The notes beneath the pieces were generated by a model. The model saw only the letters and a program-made list of their open reading frames with translations, was not told where the DNA came from and made no database searches. The position numbers were made by a program, and so were the translations under genes. Below are positions 27,681-49,625 of a DNA stretch of 64,000 nt, one piece after another; the stretch's first letter is position 1; every line of letters begins with the position of its first letter. Source of the DNA: the human T2T-CHM13v2.0 reference genome, Homo sapiens. The stretch lies in assembly GCF_009914755.1 (NCBI RefSeq), contig NC_060925.1; one strand, written 5' to 3'.

Positions 27681-28085
27681 GGTATGAAAGGGTTTGAGGC
27701 CTGAGAGCAGTGTGGTAAGCCCAGCAGGGAAGAAGCCCCCTATACTTCTCTAAAGCCTGGGTGCCTGCTTGAGGAGGGAAGGCAGGAACCCAGGGGCAGG
27801 GGAGGGGATCTCTTCAGCAATTATGATGACCACTGTAACCTCCTGGCCCAGGGTTCCCAGGATACTGAGTAAGGGGCCCAAAGACTATAAACCCAGCTGT
27901 GAGAATGCCTGTTTGCTGGGCCTCATCAAGGCCTCCAGGACCTCAGTGCAAGGGAAGAAGGAAAAAAGAGAAAAAAGGTGACAGAAAGAGAAAGATAGAA
28001 CTGGTGGTTGGGGTTCTGGGCAGCCCATGCTTCAGCCCCTGCAAGCTGATGGTACCGAGCATGAGACTGTGAGGTACGGGCCCCA

Positions 28086-28305
28086 TCACATGGTGCTAAC
28101 ATAATCTGCGAAGGCCTGGGATGAGTCCCATGAGTCGCTAACCACATGGCAGGTAGCCCGGAGCCGCCGGATGGCTTCCCTGGCTGTGACTGCATCCTGG
28201 TCCAGCCAGTTTTGGAAGAGGCGCAGGTGACCAAAGGCTCCACGGCCCCAGCGCTCCAGCCGCTTGGCGAACTCCAGAAGCCCATCTGGCTTGATGCAGT
28301 TGGAA
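28086..28305 (-). CDS. LRRC41: LRRC41 exon 10, coding part ([13 protein letters not shown]...DYVSTM*)
   Basis: taccag| on -; TGA at 28088-28086. Confidence 0.94.
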
Positions 28306-28402
28306 CTGGTAGGGTGAGATGGATTAGATATCCAGGAAGCAGTGAATTCCTGGTCTATATCTCTGTAGCCCCATCCCTTGTCTTGCCCCTCCCCTCATGT
28401 AC

Positions 28403-28478
28403 CTGATGTCCAGCTGACAGAGAGAGGAGGATGAATCCTCTGAGAAAACATCTGCCAAGGCCAGCAGGCCAGCATTCC
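28403..28478 (-). CDS. LRRC41: LRRC41 exon 9 ([25 protein letters not shown])
   Basis: ctccag| ... |gtacat on -; 76 nt. Confidence 0.94.
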
Positions 28479-28712
28479 CTGGAGAGAAGGGGAGAACGCC
28501 TATCACCTCCACCCAAGAACAGGGGACAAGGGTATCCCAACCCAACTATGGCTGGCAGAACCAGCCCTGCTGGTTCCTGAAGCCCCAGCACAGAAATATC
28601 TGTATTCCAACTCCCACGTTCCCAGTGGAGAGGTCTTTGCCTTTATCCAGTGAGTTTTTAGGTCAAAGGCCTAGCTCCTTTCCCCTCTCCCTCCCCAGGG
28701 TCTGGCCCCCAC

Positions 28713-28835
28713 CCAGGCGGTTCCCTGGCAGCCGGAGGCCCTTCAGTGTGGAGTTGCCCTTCATAGCAGCAACCATCTCAGGCAGAAATTGGGCTGGGCG
28801 CTTCTCAAACAGACGGCAGAAGGAGAAGGTAATCT
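28713..28835 (-). CDS. LRRC41: LRRC41 exon 8 ([10 protein letters not shown]...[14 protein letters not shown])
   Basis: tgacag| ... |gtgggg on -; 123 nt; LRR pattern LxxLxLxxNxL. Confidence 0.93.
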
Positions 28836-29412
28836 CTGTCAAGAAAAATTATAGTAAATTCTGATGGCTGCATTAGGACTGGTGCTGCCCCTCCTGCCCC
28901 AGTTGGCCCTAGCAAGGGGTATTAACATTATAGAGGCCCAAAAAGAGGAAGGAATTTGTCTAGACTCCAAGCAAGGCTGGAACTAAATCAGAATCCAAAC
29001 TAAAGACTGAACCTAAATGTTCCCTATAAGAAGGTTCTCTGCATGGACAATTCTCCATTCACTTCCTTCTTTCCCTAACACTGGCCACCCTCTATGCGGG
29101 GGTGGGGATCAGAGAAAAGTCTATGAGGGGAGCCTGGCACAGTACATTTATTTTGCCCCACCACCACCATTTTGTCCACCTCTGAAAGGTAAGAGCAACT
29201 TTTGGGTGAAGCACTCTAAAAGAGCGATTTCTCATGTTTAGTAGAGGAGGAATTGAGGTTGGGGCTTTTAGAAGGAAAATCATGCAGGTTCTATATCCAT
29301 TTTATAGCTGAGGACACAAGGCCAAGAAAGGAACAGTGGTTTGCTCACTCAGATTATGGCAGAACCATAGTGAAGACCCAGGAAATGTCCAGGTTCTGAA
29401 TAAGGAACTTAC

Positions 29413-29511
29413 CTTGCAGAGTCAGATTCTGTAGCAAAAAGAGCACCTCGCTCTGACAGTCAGCGAGATTCATGTCATGGAAGCTCAGTCTTTTCAGGGC
29501 TAGGTTGTACT
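29413..29511 (-). CDS. LRRC41: LRRC41 exon 7 ([33 protein letters not shown])
   Basis: atccag| ... |gtaagt on -; 99 nt. Confidence 0.94.
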
Positions 29512-29616
29512 CTGGATAGGAGGCAGAGACCATGGACCATGGACCTTAGCTTTCCTAGAGAACAGTGCTAGGTCCCCACCTACTCCTCTCCCTTCACCAT
29601 TCTGGCTGGGTCCTAC

Positions 29617-29781
29617 CTTTGAGTGTTTGCAAAACAAGCCCAAAATCCTGGGGAGAGGCAAAGGTGGCACTATCCAGGGACAGCTGCTGCAGAGAACCCG
29701 AGGCCTTCAGAACGGAGCACAGCAGTGGGGCTGGCTGGGCTCCCCGTGGAAATCCCATCTCCAACTGCTCCAGGCAGTTTT
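29617..29781 (-). CDS. LRRC41: LRRC41 exon 6 ([14 protein letters not shown]...VLQTLK)
   Basis: atccag| ... |gtagga on -; 165 nt. Confidence 0.94.
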
Positions 29782-30314
29782 CTGGATATGGTGGGGAAAG
29801 AAGATTCCAGCTGGCCATCTCTACCTCACTCCCATAGCAGGTCCCATCCTGTTCTTAAGGGATTCATCTAAAAAATTATTTATTCATTCACTTGTCGTTG
29901 AGTGCCTACCATATGTCAGCACTGTGCTAGATTCTAGGAATTGAGCACTAAATATGAGATTTAGTCCTTGCCCTTGTAGAAATTTTAGACCAGGAAGACA
30001 GGCTACCCAGACACAAGCAAATAAAGTATGCAGAGTGGTGGGATAGGAGACATACAAGAACTAAGGGAACATACAGCAGGGGAACTAATCCAGTCTAAAG
30101 ATCAGTTCTTTTCCTTTTCTGGAGACCAAGCTGCCTTGGTCACTCTCTGCTGGTCTTATGGTGGTTTAGGCCCTGTCTAGCTCAAGAGTATCTTAGTGGT
30201 AGGCTCTAAAGGGGGGATAGGTTCCAGATAAGCCAGGAATGAGTGATAGAAGAGGTCCTTCCCCTTTCCCCATACGAATGCATCTGCACCTTTGTGTGGG
30301 GATACACGTGCGTG

Positions 30315-30336
30315 CACACACACAAACACACACACA
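30315..30336 (-). repeat. Imperfect (TG)n tract just downstream of the LRRC41 exon 5 donor
   Basis: cacacacacaaacacacacaca on +. Confidence 0.85.
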
Positions 30337-30345
30337 GTGCTTCAC

Positions 30346-30606
30346 CTGGTATCTCCTCATCGCCTATTATGTGGCTAGGGGGCCCTGCATTCCCTGGCAC
30401 ACCAGGGTTGTCCCGCTGGCTTGGGTGGTCAACACGAATAGAGAGGACCCGTAGCAGGGGCAGTGCTCGCACGATAGCACGTGTCAGCTCCAGGATGGGC
30501 AGTGGTGAGAACAGGTCACTGAGATGCAGGGCACGGAGGCGACATCCAGCCTGGCCTGACAGGGCCCGCAGGCTGTCTAGCAGGCGGAAGATGTTAGAGC
30601 CCAGGC
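30346..30606 (-). CDS. LRRC41: LRRC41 exon 5 ([16 protein letters not shown]...GDEEIP)
   Basis: ccatag| ... |gtgaag on -; 261 nt. Confidence 0.94.
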
Positions 30607-30833
30607 CTATGGCAAGAAAGAGATTAAGTCAGAACCATGTGGGAGTGTCAGCAGGGGTAATATATTCAAATACAACTCCAAATACTTTTGGTTACTAGCA
30701 AATCTCTTGGGCTTTGGCTCAGCTTATTTAAACCCATTTGTCTTAACTACTCATCCATGTCTTGCTTTTTCCTTAGGTAACCAGCAAACTGAGGTCTGCT
30801 GTTTTGGGTTATGCCCACAAGAAGCACCAGTCA

Positions 30834-33480
<2,647 letters not shown>

Positions 33481-34582
33481 AGAGAGACGGTGGAAAGGAG
33501 AGTAGCATAGTTGTTTGAAAGCATGAATCTGCAGTCTGGTTGCCTGGGTTTTGAATCCTAGCTCTATAATTGCTAGGTTATCCTGAGGAAGTCACTTGCC
33601 CTCATAGGGTTGTGAGGATTGTTAGATCAAATTATCAAGAATACTTAAAATATGCCAGACACATACTAAGCAGTATATAAAAATTAGTTTGAGAAACAAG
33701 CTTCCCTAAGAAGGTAGAATGCTTGTTTCTCAAACTGGTAATTTTTATATACTTTGTTGTGAAGCTCTATGCATCTAGAGCACAGGTGGGAGAATTAGCC
33801 TTAGAAAGGATGGTGGTCTCTTCTATTCTGGTAAAGAAGGATGAGTGCAGATGGAGAGTTTATAGGCTGCTTAGCAAGCTAAAGAAACTCATGTGTGATG
33901 GCTTCTATTTTCTCTGTGAAGTAGGTGAGGTCATCCCTGAGAAGGGAAAAGGAGAGTTTGGAAGTGGTAGGAATGGGAGCTGATGTTGCAAGCACAGTGA
34001 AGGTTCATACGAGGTTAGTGATCATATAGTAACACTGATTTGCATAGTTGTATGATTTGTCTCTAGCAGTGCTCAGCAACCTAGGCGGATTGCTGGATTT
34101 AGCCAGAGTTGAGGTTTTGCTAGCTGGTCACAAGCAGGAGGGAAATGAGGACTGAGGACTGCTTTGCAGGTTGTTGGTCTGATAAGAAATTGTGTCCCAC
34201 ACCTTGTCTGGACAGCTACTCTGATATGACTGGTGAGGTGGTGAGGTCAAACTCTAGCCCTGCCTGAGCATGCATATACTATACTGCTCCCACCTGCCCT
34301 TGGACTGCCTTCCATATCTAAAATGTATTCATTCTTCAGATTCCAGCTGGCTTGTCTCACTGCCCCTCAGGAACCCCTGCTTTCAACAACTAATCAAGTG
34401 TATAGACTTTATGTTCCTCTCTTCTAGCAATGACAGTCTCCCCTGCTATGAGGCATACAAGCCTTCCTCTCTAACCTCCTGATCATACCCCCAATTTGCC
34501 CCTCCCACCTCCCTAGAATTAGGCACACAGCTGGTGCTGCTAGGCAATCTAAGCCCAATCCCTGCCACTCCAGGGTGCTCAC

Positions 34583-35720
34583 CATTGTAGGAGAGTGTGA
34601 GGCTCTCCAGTGACACCCAGGAGCTCAGCAGGTGGCATAGTGTCAGGGCTGCCTCTGTGGAGAGTGGAACTGTGAATAGCTCCAAGGTGGAGATGCTGCG
34701 GAATCTTTGTGAAGCTTCCAGTGCTGGAAGCCCCAGGCAGCTGGGATCTGATCCATCCAAAGCTCCACAAGCCACTTCCCCAATCTCCATCTCTTCGCCA
34801 TCCTCCTTCTCGCCAGCCACAATAAAAACGAAGTCATACAGGTCTTCAGACTCTGCACCAGGCCCCTGACGGGTGCGAGCACCCTTCTTCCCTGCAGCTC
34901 GCTTGAAACGCTTTAGGGGCTTAGGCTGTGGGGCTGAGCTAGCTGGTGCCCGTTTGTATGAGGATGTAGAAGAAGAGGCAGAGGAGGTGGCTGCTGGAGC
35001 AGAAGGTGACCGCTTGGTGCCAGGAGCCTCATGGGAGGTGGCTGGGGGGTGCAGCTCCCTCTTAAGGTCTGTTCCGCCTGCTGTCAGGCTCTCCTGTGTG
35101 CTCCGGCGTGTTACCCGAGTGGCAGGTGCAGCTCTGGGCATCTGCTTGGCTTCACTCTTACGCCGGCTGGCCATCAGGGCTGCAGCACATCGCTCAGCAG
35201 CATCCCGGCGGGGCCGACGTGAGCCCAATAAGAGGGACCCTTCATCTCGGGATGGGGCCCGGCCTCGGGAGGCCTCTCCACAGAGGCGGCAGGGTGGGCC
35301 ACCAGGCCCTGGTTGCCAGAAGCCAGCACTCATGGTGAGAATAAGGATGAAAAGGGCTGACTCAGGCACAGGCCAGGAGTATAGCGACACTTGACTGACA
35401 GCCCCATGGTGAATGAGCTGATGCAACAGCTGCCGAAGTGACTGCTGAGCAGCCACATCAGAGAACAGCAGGTGGCGGAACTTGAGAGTGTGCAGGGAGC
35501 TGGCCAGGGTCTCCAGAACCCTGCGGTTGGGCTCAGCCACCAGCTCGGTTGCACCCTGCAGCATGTTACAGATGGTGAGCTGTCGGACATGGCGGGAGCT
35601 GTGCAGAAGAGGTGAGAACCGCTGATCACAAAGACGCCTGTCAGAAGACACATCAATGGTCCCACGTAGAACATGGGAAAAAAAGGCCTCCATAAACTTG
35701 GCTCGCCAACATGTCACACT
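34583..35720 (-). CDS. LRRC41: LRRC41 exon 4 (large exon, SVTCWRAKF...LESLTLSYN; Ser/Ala/Arg-rich insert with basic NLS-like [13 protein letters not shown])
   Basis: tttcag| ... |gtgagc on -; 1138 nt within ORF 34446..35774. Confidence 0.96.
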
Positions 35721-36041
35721 CTGAAACGCAGAAAACATGCCAGACAGCCATGATATATCCATGAAACTGTCCAAATTTCCCTCTCTTCCAATAGCACACT
35801 ATTTACTGAGTCAGGCAACACTACAAATTCATTTAATCTTCACATCTCTGAGGTATGTATTATTATTAGCCCTATTTTACAGGTAAAACCGAGGCACAAA
35901 GAGGTGGCCACACAGGTAAGTGGTTGGATTATTTGAACCCTGGAAATCTGGTTCCAGAGACCATGCTTTTATTATAGTGTCTCCACTGAAACACTCACCC
36001 CTGTAAGTTCTTCCATGTTTGTTTCTAGAACCTTATCCCAA

Positions 36042-36628
<587 letters not shown>

Positions 36629-37163
36629 TCCAACTTCTGATTCTTACCACCACCAGCCCCTTATCACCTCACACCTGACCACTAGCTTCCTGATTGCTTT
36701 CCCTGTCCCCAAAGTAGTGTTGTAAAACACTAATTACATCATACTGCTTTAAAACCCTAATGTCTCCCTACTGCCCTTCCACCCTCTGCCTGAGAAGCTT
36801 TATTTCCCACATCTTGCTTATGAGAATGCTTTGCTCTAGCCAAGCTGGTCACCCCACGGACTTGAACCTGCCTATGTCCTTTCCTACATCTACCAGAAAT
36901 GTCTCCATTGCTGAATTAGACTTCCTGAAAGAACTTAGAAACATGTCATTTGAGATTCTTGTTGGGACTCCTCTGACACTCTGACTACTCAAGACTAAGA
37001 GGCTGGTATGTTGTCTCATGGTGTTGAGTCCCTTTGCCTGTGTACATGTCTTATCCCAGCCAGATTAGAAATTCTTAGAAAGCAGAAACCAAATCTTGAT
37101 TTGTTTCTTCCAAGGCAACAGTTATTTATTTTGACGGATAGGAAATCTCATCAGACTATTCTG

Positions 37164-37196
37164 CACTTGATCTTAGCCAAAAGGCCGAGAAGCGAT
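37164..37196 (-). pseudogene. 3'-truncated U2 snRNA retropseudogene (U2 nt 1-33) with 16-nt TSD
   Basis: Reverse complement is ATCGCTTCTCGGCCTTTTGGCTAAGATCAAGTG, the U2 5' end; flanked by tcatcagactattctg at 37148-37163 and 37197-37212. Confidence 0.93.
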
Positions 37197-37234
37197 TCAT
37201 CAGACTATTCTGATGTGTTTAATACAACTCTGAA

Positions 37235-37420
37235 TGCAAGTGATTCTCAGCCTTTGGTGCACATCAGAATTCCCTGTGGAGCTTTTCTTCCCCAAAATTC
37301 ATATACCAGACACCCAGACTTGGTGATTCTATGTTACATCTGAGGTAAGGTCAAGACATCTTTATTGTTTGAACCATCCCAGATGTTTCTGATGTATATC
37401 AGAGGTTAGGAATTACTGCT
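37235..37420. mobile_element. MER5-like hAT DNA transposon remnant
   Basis: cagtgattctca-like terminus, cacatcagaatt...ccagatgtttctgatgtat...ttaggaattactg. Confidence 0.55.
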
Positions 37421-38700
37421 GATCCAGAAGGGCACACCAAGACAAAGACAGGTACCAGACCCCAAAGTTTCTAATTTAAGATGATCCCTAAGTCATCTCA
37501 GGGGCAGTAGAAAGTCAGGTCCCAGCTCTTTCACTATACTCTGGACTTCTCTGAACCTCTTCCCTCATCTGCAAAATGTAGATAACCTGCTTCACAGGAT
37601 TGTTGTGAAGATCAAAATGAAGTAGTACAAATTAAAGCACTTTGTAAACTGTAAGATATAAAAAATGTTACTGCTGCCACTGCTATTAGCCTAGCTGGGA
37701 TATGAAATGGAGGCAGAGCCTGTTAAGCATGGTGCTCATTCAGACTAAAGCCAAGGCTGTGGGGGCCTGAGGTTCCCCAAGACTAAAACATTTCTTTGAT
37801 CCTTACCCTGCCTCCATGCATTCCTCCATACTGGAGTGACTCTCAGTTCCTATTTGAGGTTCTTAGAAGGAACTAGGCCTCTGCTGTCCTCAAGCAAAAG
37901 TGTCATTCCTGTTGCCTTAGCTATTTCCCCAGACTCCACTTACTGTGGTAATAGTTAGGAATGACTTCCTGCTTGAAATAACTGCATAGCAGCAACACAG
38001 AAAGGCCTTGCTCATCAGCAGCAGGACATTAAGAGCAGGAAAAACAATACCTGGCAACCAAATCTCTGCTCAACTTTGAGTGAAGGCAAAGAAGGTATCC
38101 TTCGGTCCTACCTCACACTAGCACTTTTCCTACAGATTTGCTGGCCCACACCCAGTCTTGAAAAACACTTGCAGGTAACCTTAGCAAGGCTTCAGCTTTA
38201 TAAGTGAGTGAGTCAGATGGTTATTACAATATCTGTGCCTAAAATATGGACAAAGATGGTGAGTCAAGATATTGTGGCTGTTTCTGGCTATAAGAGGCAC
38301 AGGGGAAATATAGGTTAGATAGGTAAATACTGGACTTTTTCAGACATGTTAATGGTTGATGAAGACAATGGGAGACAGAATATTTGGAACACCCCAGACA
38401 CAACTGCAGTGAGCAGCATGACACAGTGATCAGGAACATGCACTCCAGAAGCAGACTGCTTCAACCTGAATCTGGGTCTGCCATTCACTAACTGTAATTT
38501 AGGCAAGTCATTTCACCTCTTTCTGCCTTAGTTTCATCATCTATAAAGTGGAAGATCACTATACTGACATCACAGCATTTTTGTGACAGTTAAATGAGTA
38601 AAGTTATGACAGCTCTCAGTGGCTTCTTTCTCACAAATTAACGTACGAGCAGACAAGAGATCATGAAGTTTTATTCCATCACCACTCTTAAGAATCTATG

Positions 38701-39052
<352 letters not shown>

Positions 39053-39344
39053 TTATGGACTCGTATGCTATCACGATGCAAAGTGATTTAGTACTTTGTT
39101 TTCTGTGAGGGTAAGGGAAATGAGGCATGATCAATGAGGTGAAGTGATGTTTGCCCAACAACACAATCCTTGGCCCATCCTCAGTGGGCTGGTAGGGGAA
39201 GAGGAAGTATTTGTACAAACTAGGGAGGGCTAAACATCTTGTGCTAACTTGTTAGAGCCAACAATATTCAGAAACTATATTTTGTTCATTATTTTGCTGA
39301 TACCAGAAATACTGTGTGTGGATAGAGAAGCAAATGAAAAATCA

Positions 39345-44580
<5,236 letters not shown>

Positions 44581-45302
44581 CCTTACAGATCTCTTTATAT
44601 ACCCCAGTACTACACAGTTTGAAATACTATTGCTTTATAAGCATTCTATATTTATCTTGTTCACCATTGTATCCCTGGAACCTAGCATAATGCATGGAAC
44701 TGAGCAGGCACTGAATAACTGTTTGTGACTTATGAGCTGAAGGCTATTGTCATGCAAAAGTGGGAAGCGGAAAGACACCCTCTGGAATGGACATGCTCCA
44801 AGTTAGGACCTCTGCCTAACTGACTGTTGGGCCACCAAGCCTGGGGCCTCTAAATGCTCTGAAATGCTTTGAGCCAAGAAGACAGAAAGCTTTCTCCAAG
44901 AGAAAAATATAATCTTTATCACTTGCTGGTCAACTCTAGTGCTTGTGAAATACTGGAACAAAGTGAATCTGATGTTTCCTTAAAGATAGCAAAAAGCAGT
45001 TACTGTTTTCTAATATTCTTGAGTCTGCTTCTCTTCCTCATAAGGTCTGTTGTCCTCATTCTGAACGCCAAGGGTTGCAGTCCAGATTTGGAAGTGAATA
45101 AGCCGAAGGAGATGGGGTTCAATGTTACTGAACCCAGTGCATCCCCAGAAATTAAATCTCCAATTCCTGACATTAGCTTTTTTTCCACCTGTTATTTGGC
45201 CTCATTCACCATAGAAGGCCCAGTTCAAATACTACTTCCTAGGAAAGACTTTCTTATTCTCTTCTCTCTCAACCTTCTTACTATCCTCTATTACACCACT
45301 TA

Positions 45303-45683
<381 letters not shown>

Positions 45684-46784
45684 TTAAGATTAGAGGCTGC
45701 ATCTATTCTTCCAATATCTAGTGTAAGATCTGGTACCTGGTTAAGTTTCAGTAAATGTTTATTGAATTAAATCTACCCCATCACCTAGTTATGGGGCAGC
45801 AAAAGAAACTGCTTAAATGAGAGCTCCAGTGATTTATATCTGTATCAGTGAATAATAGAATCTCAGGTCTAAAAGGAGCTCTAAAAGTCATCTTGTGCAA
45901 CCCCTTTTACAATGCTGAATCCCCTGCAGAACACCCTAGTGTCAAGGAGTTACACAGACTCCATTTGAACTTAGTGATGGGAAGTTTATTACCTCTAGAA
46001 TTAGCTTGTTTCATAAGCTCAGGGTTTAAGCTTTACGTAAACTTCAGGTTAGCAAAAATGTATCTTCCATTAGCTTCCATCCAGAACAAGTCTATTAATC
46101 CCTCCTTCATGTGACAGCCATTCATATATTTCAAGATGGGTCATGTTTCCCAAGTCTTCTCTTTTTCAGGAAAAACATCTCCAGTTGTCCCAATGTGACT
46201 CACATAATGTGGCTTTGACTTTCTCCAATCTCCACGGGTAGCCTGACCATTGCAGAGCTAGGCAGGACTGTTGTCCACCTTGTCCTTCAGCCTATACTAT
46301 ATTTACATTAGTTCACACAGCTCAAGGTATAGTCGTTATAAGTGGCTTCAACACATTGTTGACTAAACTCCCTTAATCTTTTTTATACAAGCTGTTACTA
46401 ATCATACTCCTTTATCCCTCATCCCGATACCATGCAATTGGAACTTTTAAAACTCATTGAAGTATTGGTGTATTCTATTAAATTTCATTTTGTTAGATTT
46501 GACCACTGCACCAACACCATCAAGAACTCTAGGAATCCTGGCTCTGCCATCCATTGTGATCACTAACTTTCCCTGTTTTGTGTCCCCTGCAAATACAGTG
46601 AGCAAGCAATTCAGTGACAAATGCCAAATGGACCAAAACCTTGTGACAAGCCATCAGAGCCCTCCTCCCAAATCCATTCCATCATTGCCTCTGCACTTTA
46701 TCAGTACCCAGCTTGTGTTTGTGTGCTATTCCTGCTTTTACCATGCAAAATCAGGCTAGCATTCTACCTGATACCTTAACTTAC

Positions 46785-46855
46785 TTCCAAACTGGAAGGC
46801 CTTGTCTTCATCAGTTCATCCCAGAGTCGGCGCCAGATGGCCTGAGTTGAGAGGC
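46785..46855 (-). CDS. LRRC41: LRRC41 exon 3 ([24 protein letters not shown])
   Basis: ttacag| ... |gtaagt on -; 71 nt. Confidence 0.94.
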
Positions 46856-47505
46856 CTGTAAGGAGAAATATCACACTTGGCTGCTTACTGGCCACCATGA
46901 GTAAAGTACATCAACCTTTCATGTTGTCTTCTGGGTTCACAGGAGCAATATGGCAGAGTGATTAAGGGCACTGGCTCTAAAGACAGATTGCCTGGGTGTG
47001 AATATCAGCAAACTACACTCCAGCTATGTGACTTTGCGCAAGTTACTTAATTTCTCTGTGGTTCAGTCTCCTCATCTGTAAAATGTTAATAACAGCTATT
47101 TCATAGGGTTGTTGAAAGGATTAGGGTAAATGAGTTTCTGTGGGTAAAGTGCCTAGGACAATGCTTGACACATTAGGGTTAAATGTTACCTGTTAACAGA
47201 TGTGTCTAATGAGGGGAGGAAGCTTGGTAAAATAGAGAAACTAAGATTCACAAGATATGGGTTGTTGTTCTGGCTTTGCTATTAATTGTGGTGTGCCTGT
47301 GTCTCACTTTTATCAGTATAATAAAGATCATATACTTGGCTTTGTGTTTCATAGGACACTGAGGAATGAGGAAGAAAAATAGGTGTGAAGGTACTTTTTG
47401 AAAAGCACGAAGTTCTAGCAGGTATCAGGGGTAATATTTACCGGAAGAACATTATGGTGCCTTGCTCATAATCATTGACTGAGAAAGAGACAGAAAGATA
47501 CTCAC

Positions 47506-47592
47506 CTTTCTTGAGGGCAGTTTCCTCAATCCTCTCCAAGTAATATATATTGAGCAGAGGTAGGATGCTTTGAAGTATTGGGCCTGGGAGGG
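47506..47592 (-). CDS. LRRC41: LRRC41 exon 2 ([29 protein letters not shown])
   Basis: ttttgtag| ... |gtgagt on -; 87 nt. Confidence 0.94.
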
Positions 47593-48494
47593 CTACAAAA
47601 ATCAAAACAAAAGTTTACTTTTCCTCCCCTCCCCCTCCCACCCAAGAGGTTTCCAAGCATTATTTATTCTACTGGAAAGGAAAATGGAAGGGTAGACTTC
47701 TCATTTGACAAATGGAACCTCTAGAAGCTAATCTAGATCTGTTCCAAACTCTAGTCCACTTATCTTCAGCCACTCAGTTGGAAGCTGGAATTTCAGGGGC
47801 AAGGGTGAGATCATCCCACAAAACAAGCTGACATGCTAAATGAGCTTGACATGCTTATTTAGGAGCTGGTCAGTTCACTTCTGCCCAAGCAAAATGAACC
47901 ATTTGGCATTGAAAAGGACCTACTGAATATGTGTGATAAAAGGTCTTTCATAATCTGCCCTGCTAGTATCAGCTCCCTGCTTTGCCTCCTACATTTCAGC
48001 CACACTTAACTACTTTTTCATTTACCTAACATATTATGCCGCTTTCTGCCCCTGTACCTTTGTCATGCTGTTCTTTCCAATAGGAATGTCCTTTGTCATG
48101 CTGTTCTAATAGGAATGTCGTTGCCACTTTCAGTATATCAACTACTCATCTTTCAAGTATCACATGCCCTTTATTAAGTCTTTCCTGAATTCCTTTTCCA
48201 TTTTTCCAGATTAACCACTACCATCCTTTGGGCTACTGCTATATTCTGAACTAGTACTTTCCTATGAAGAATAGAAACAATTCGTGTCTCTAAAGTCAAT
48301 ATATCTTAAAAACAAAACCTGCTCTTGCCAACTTCTCTAGTTCTAAGAGCTGTTATAGTATAGTGTCTAAAGGGTTTGGCCTCTAGAGTAGGACAAATCT
48401 GAGTGCAATCCTAACTACTTAGTTAAATGTGAATCCTTGGACAAATTATTTAAGCCTCTTTAAGCCTTAGTTTCTTCAACTGGAAAAAAATGGA

Positions 48495-49625
<1,131 letters not shown>

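Noticed and set aside
34446-35774. 442-aa ORF as a stand-alone gene, and its + strand shadows (34873..35394 etc.)
   Set aside because: It is LRRC41 exon 4 with intronic overhang; true bounds are 34583-35720
48058-48119. Imperfect 33/29-nt tandem duplication
   Set aside because: Ordinary slippage duplication within old repeat-like sequence
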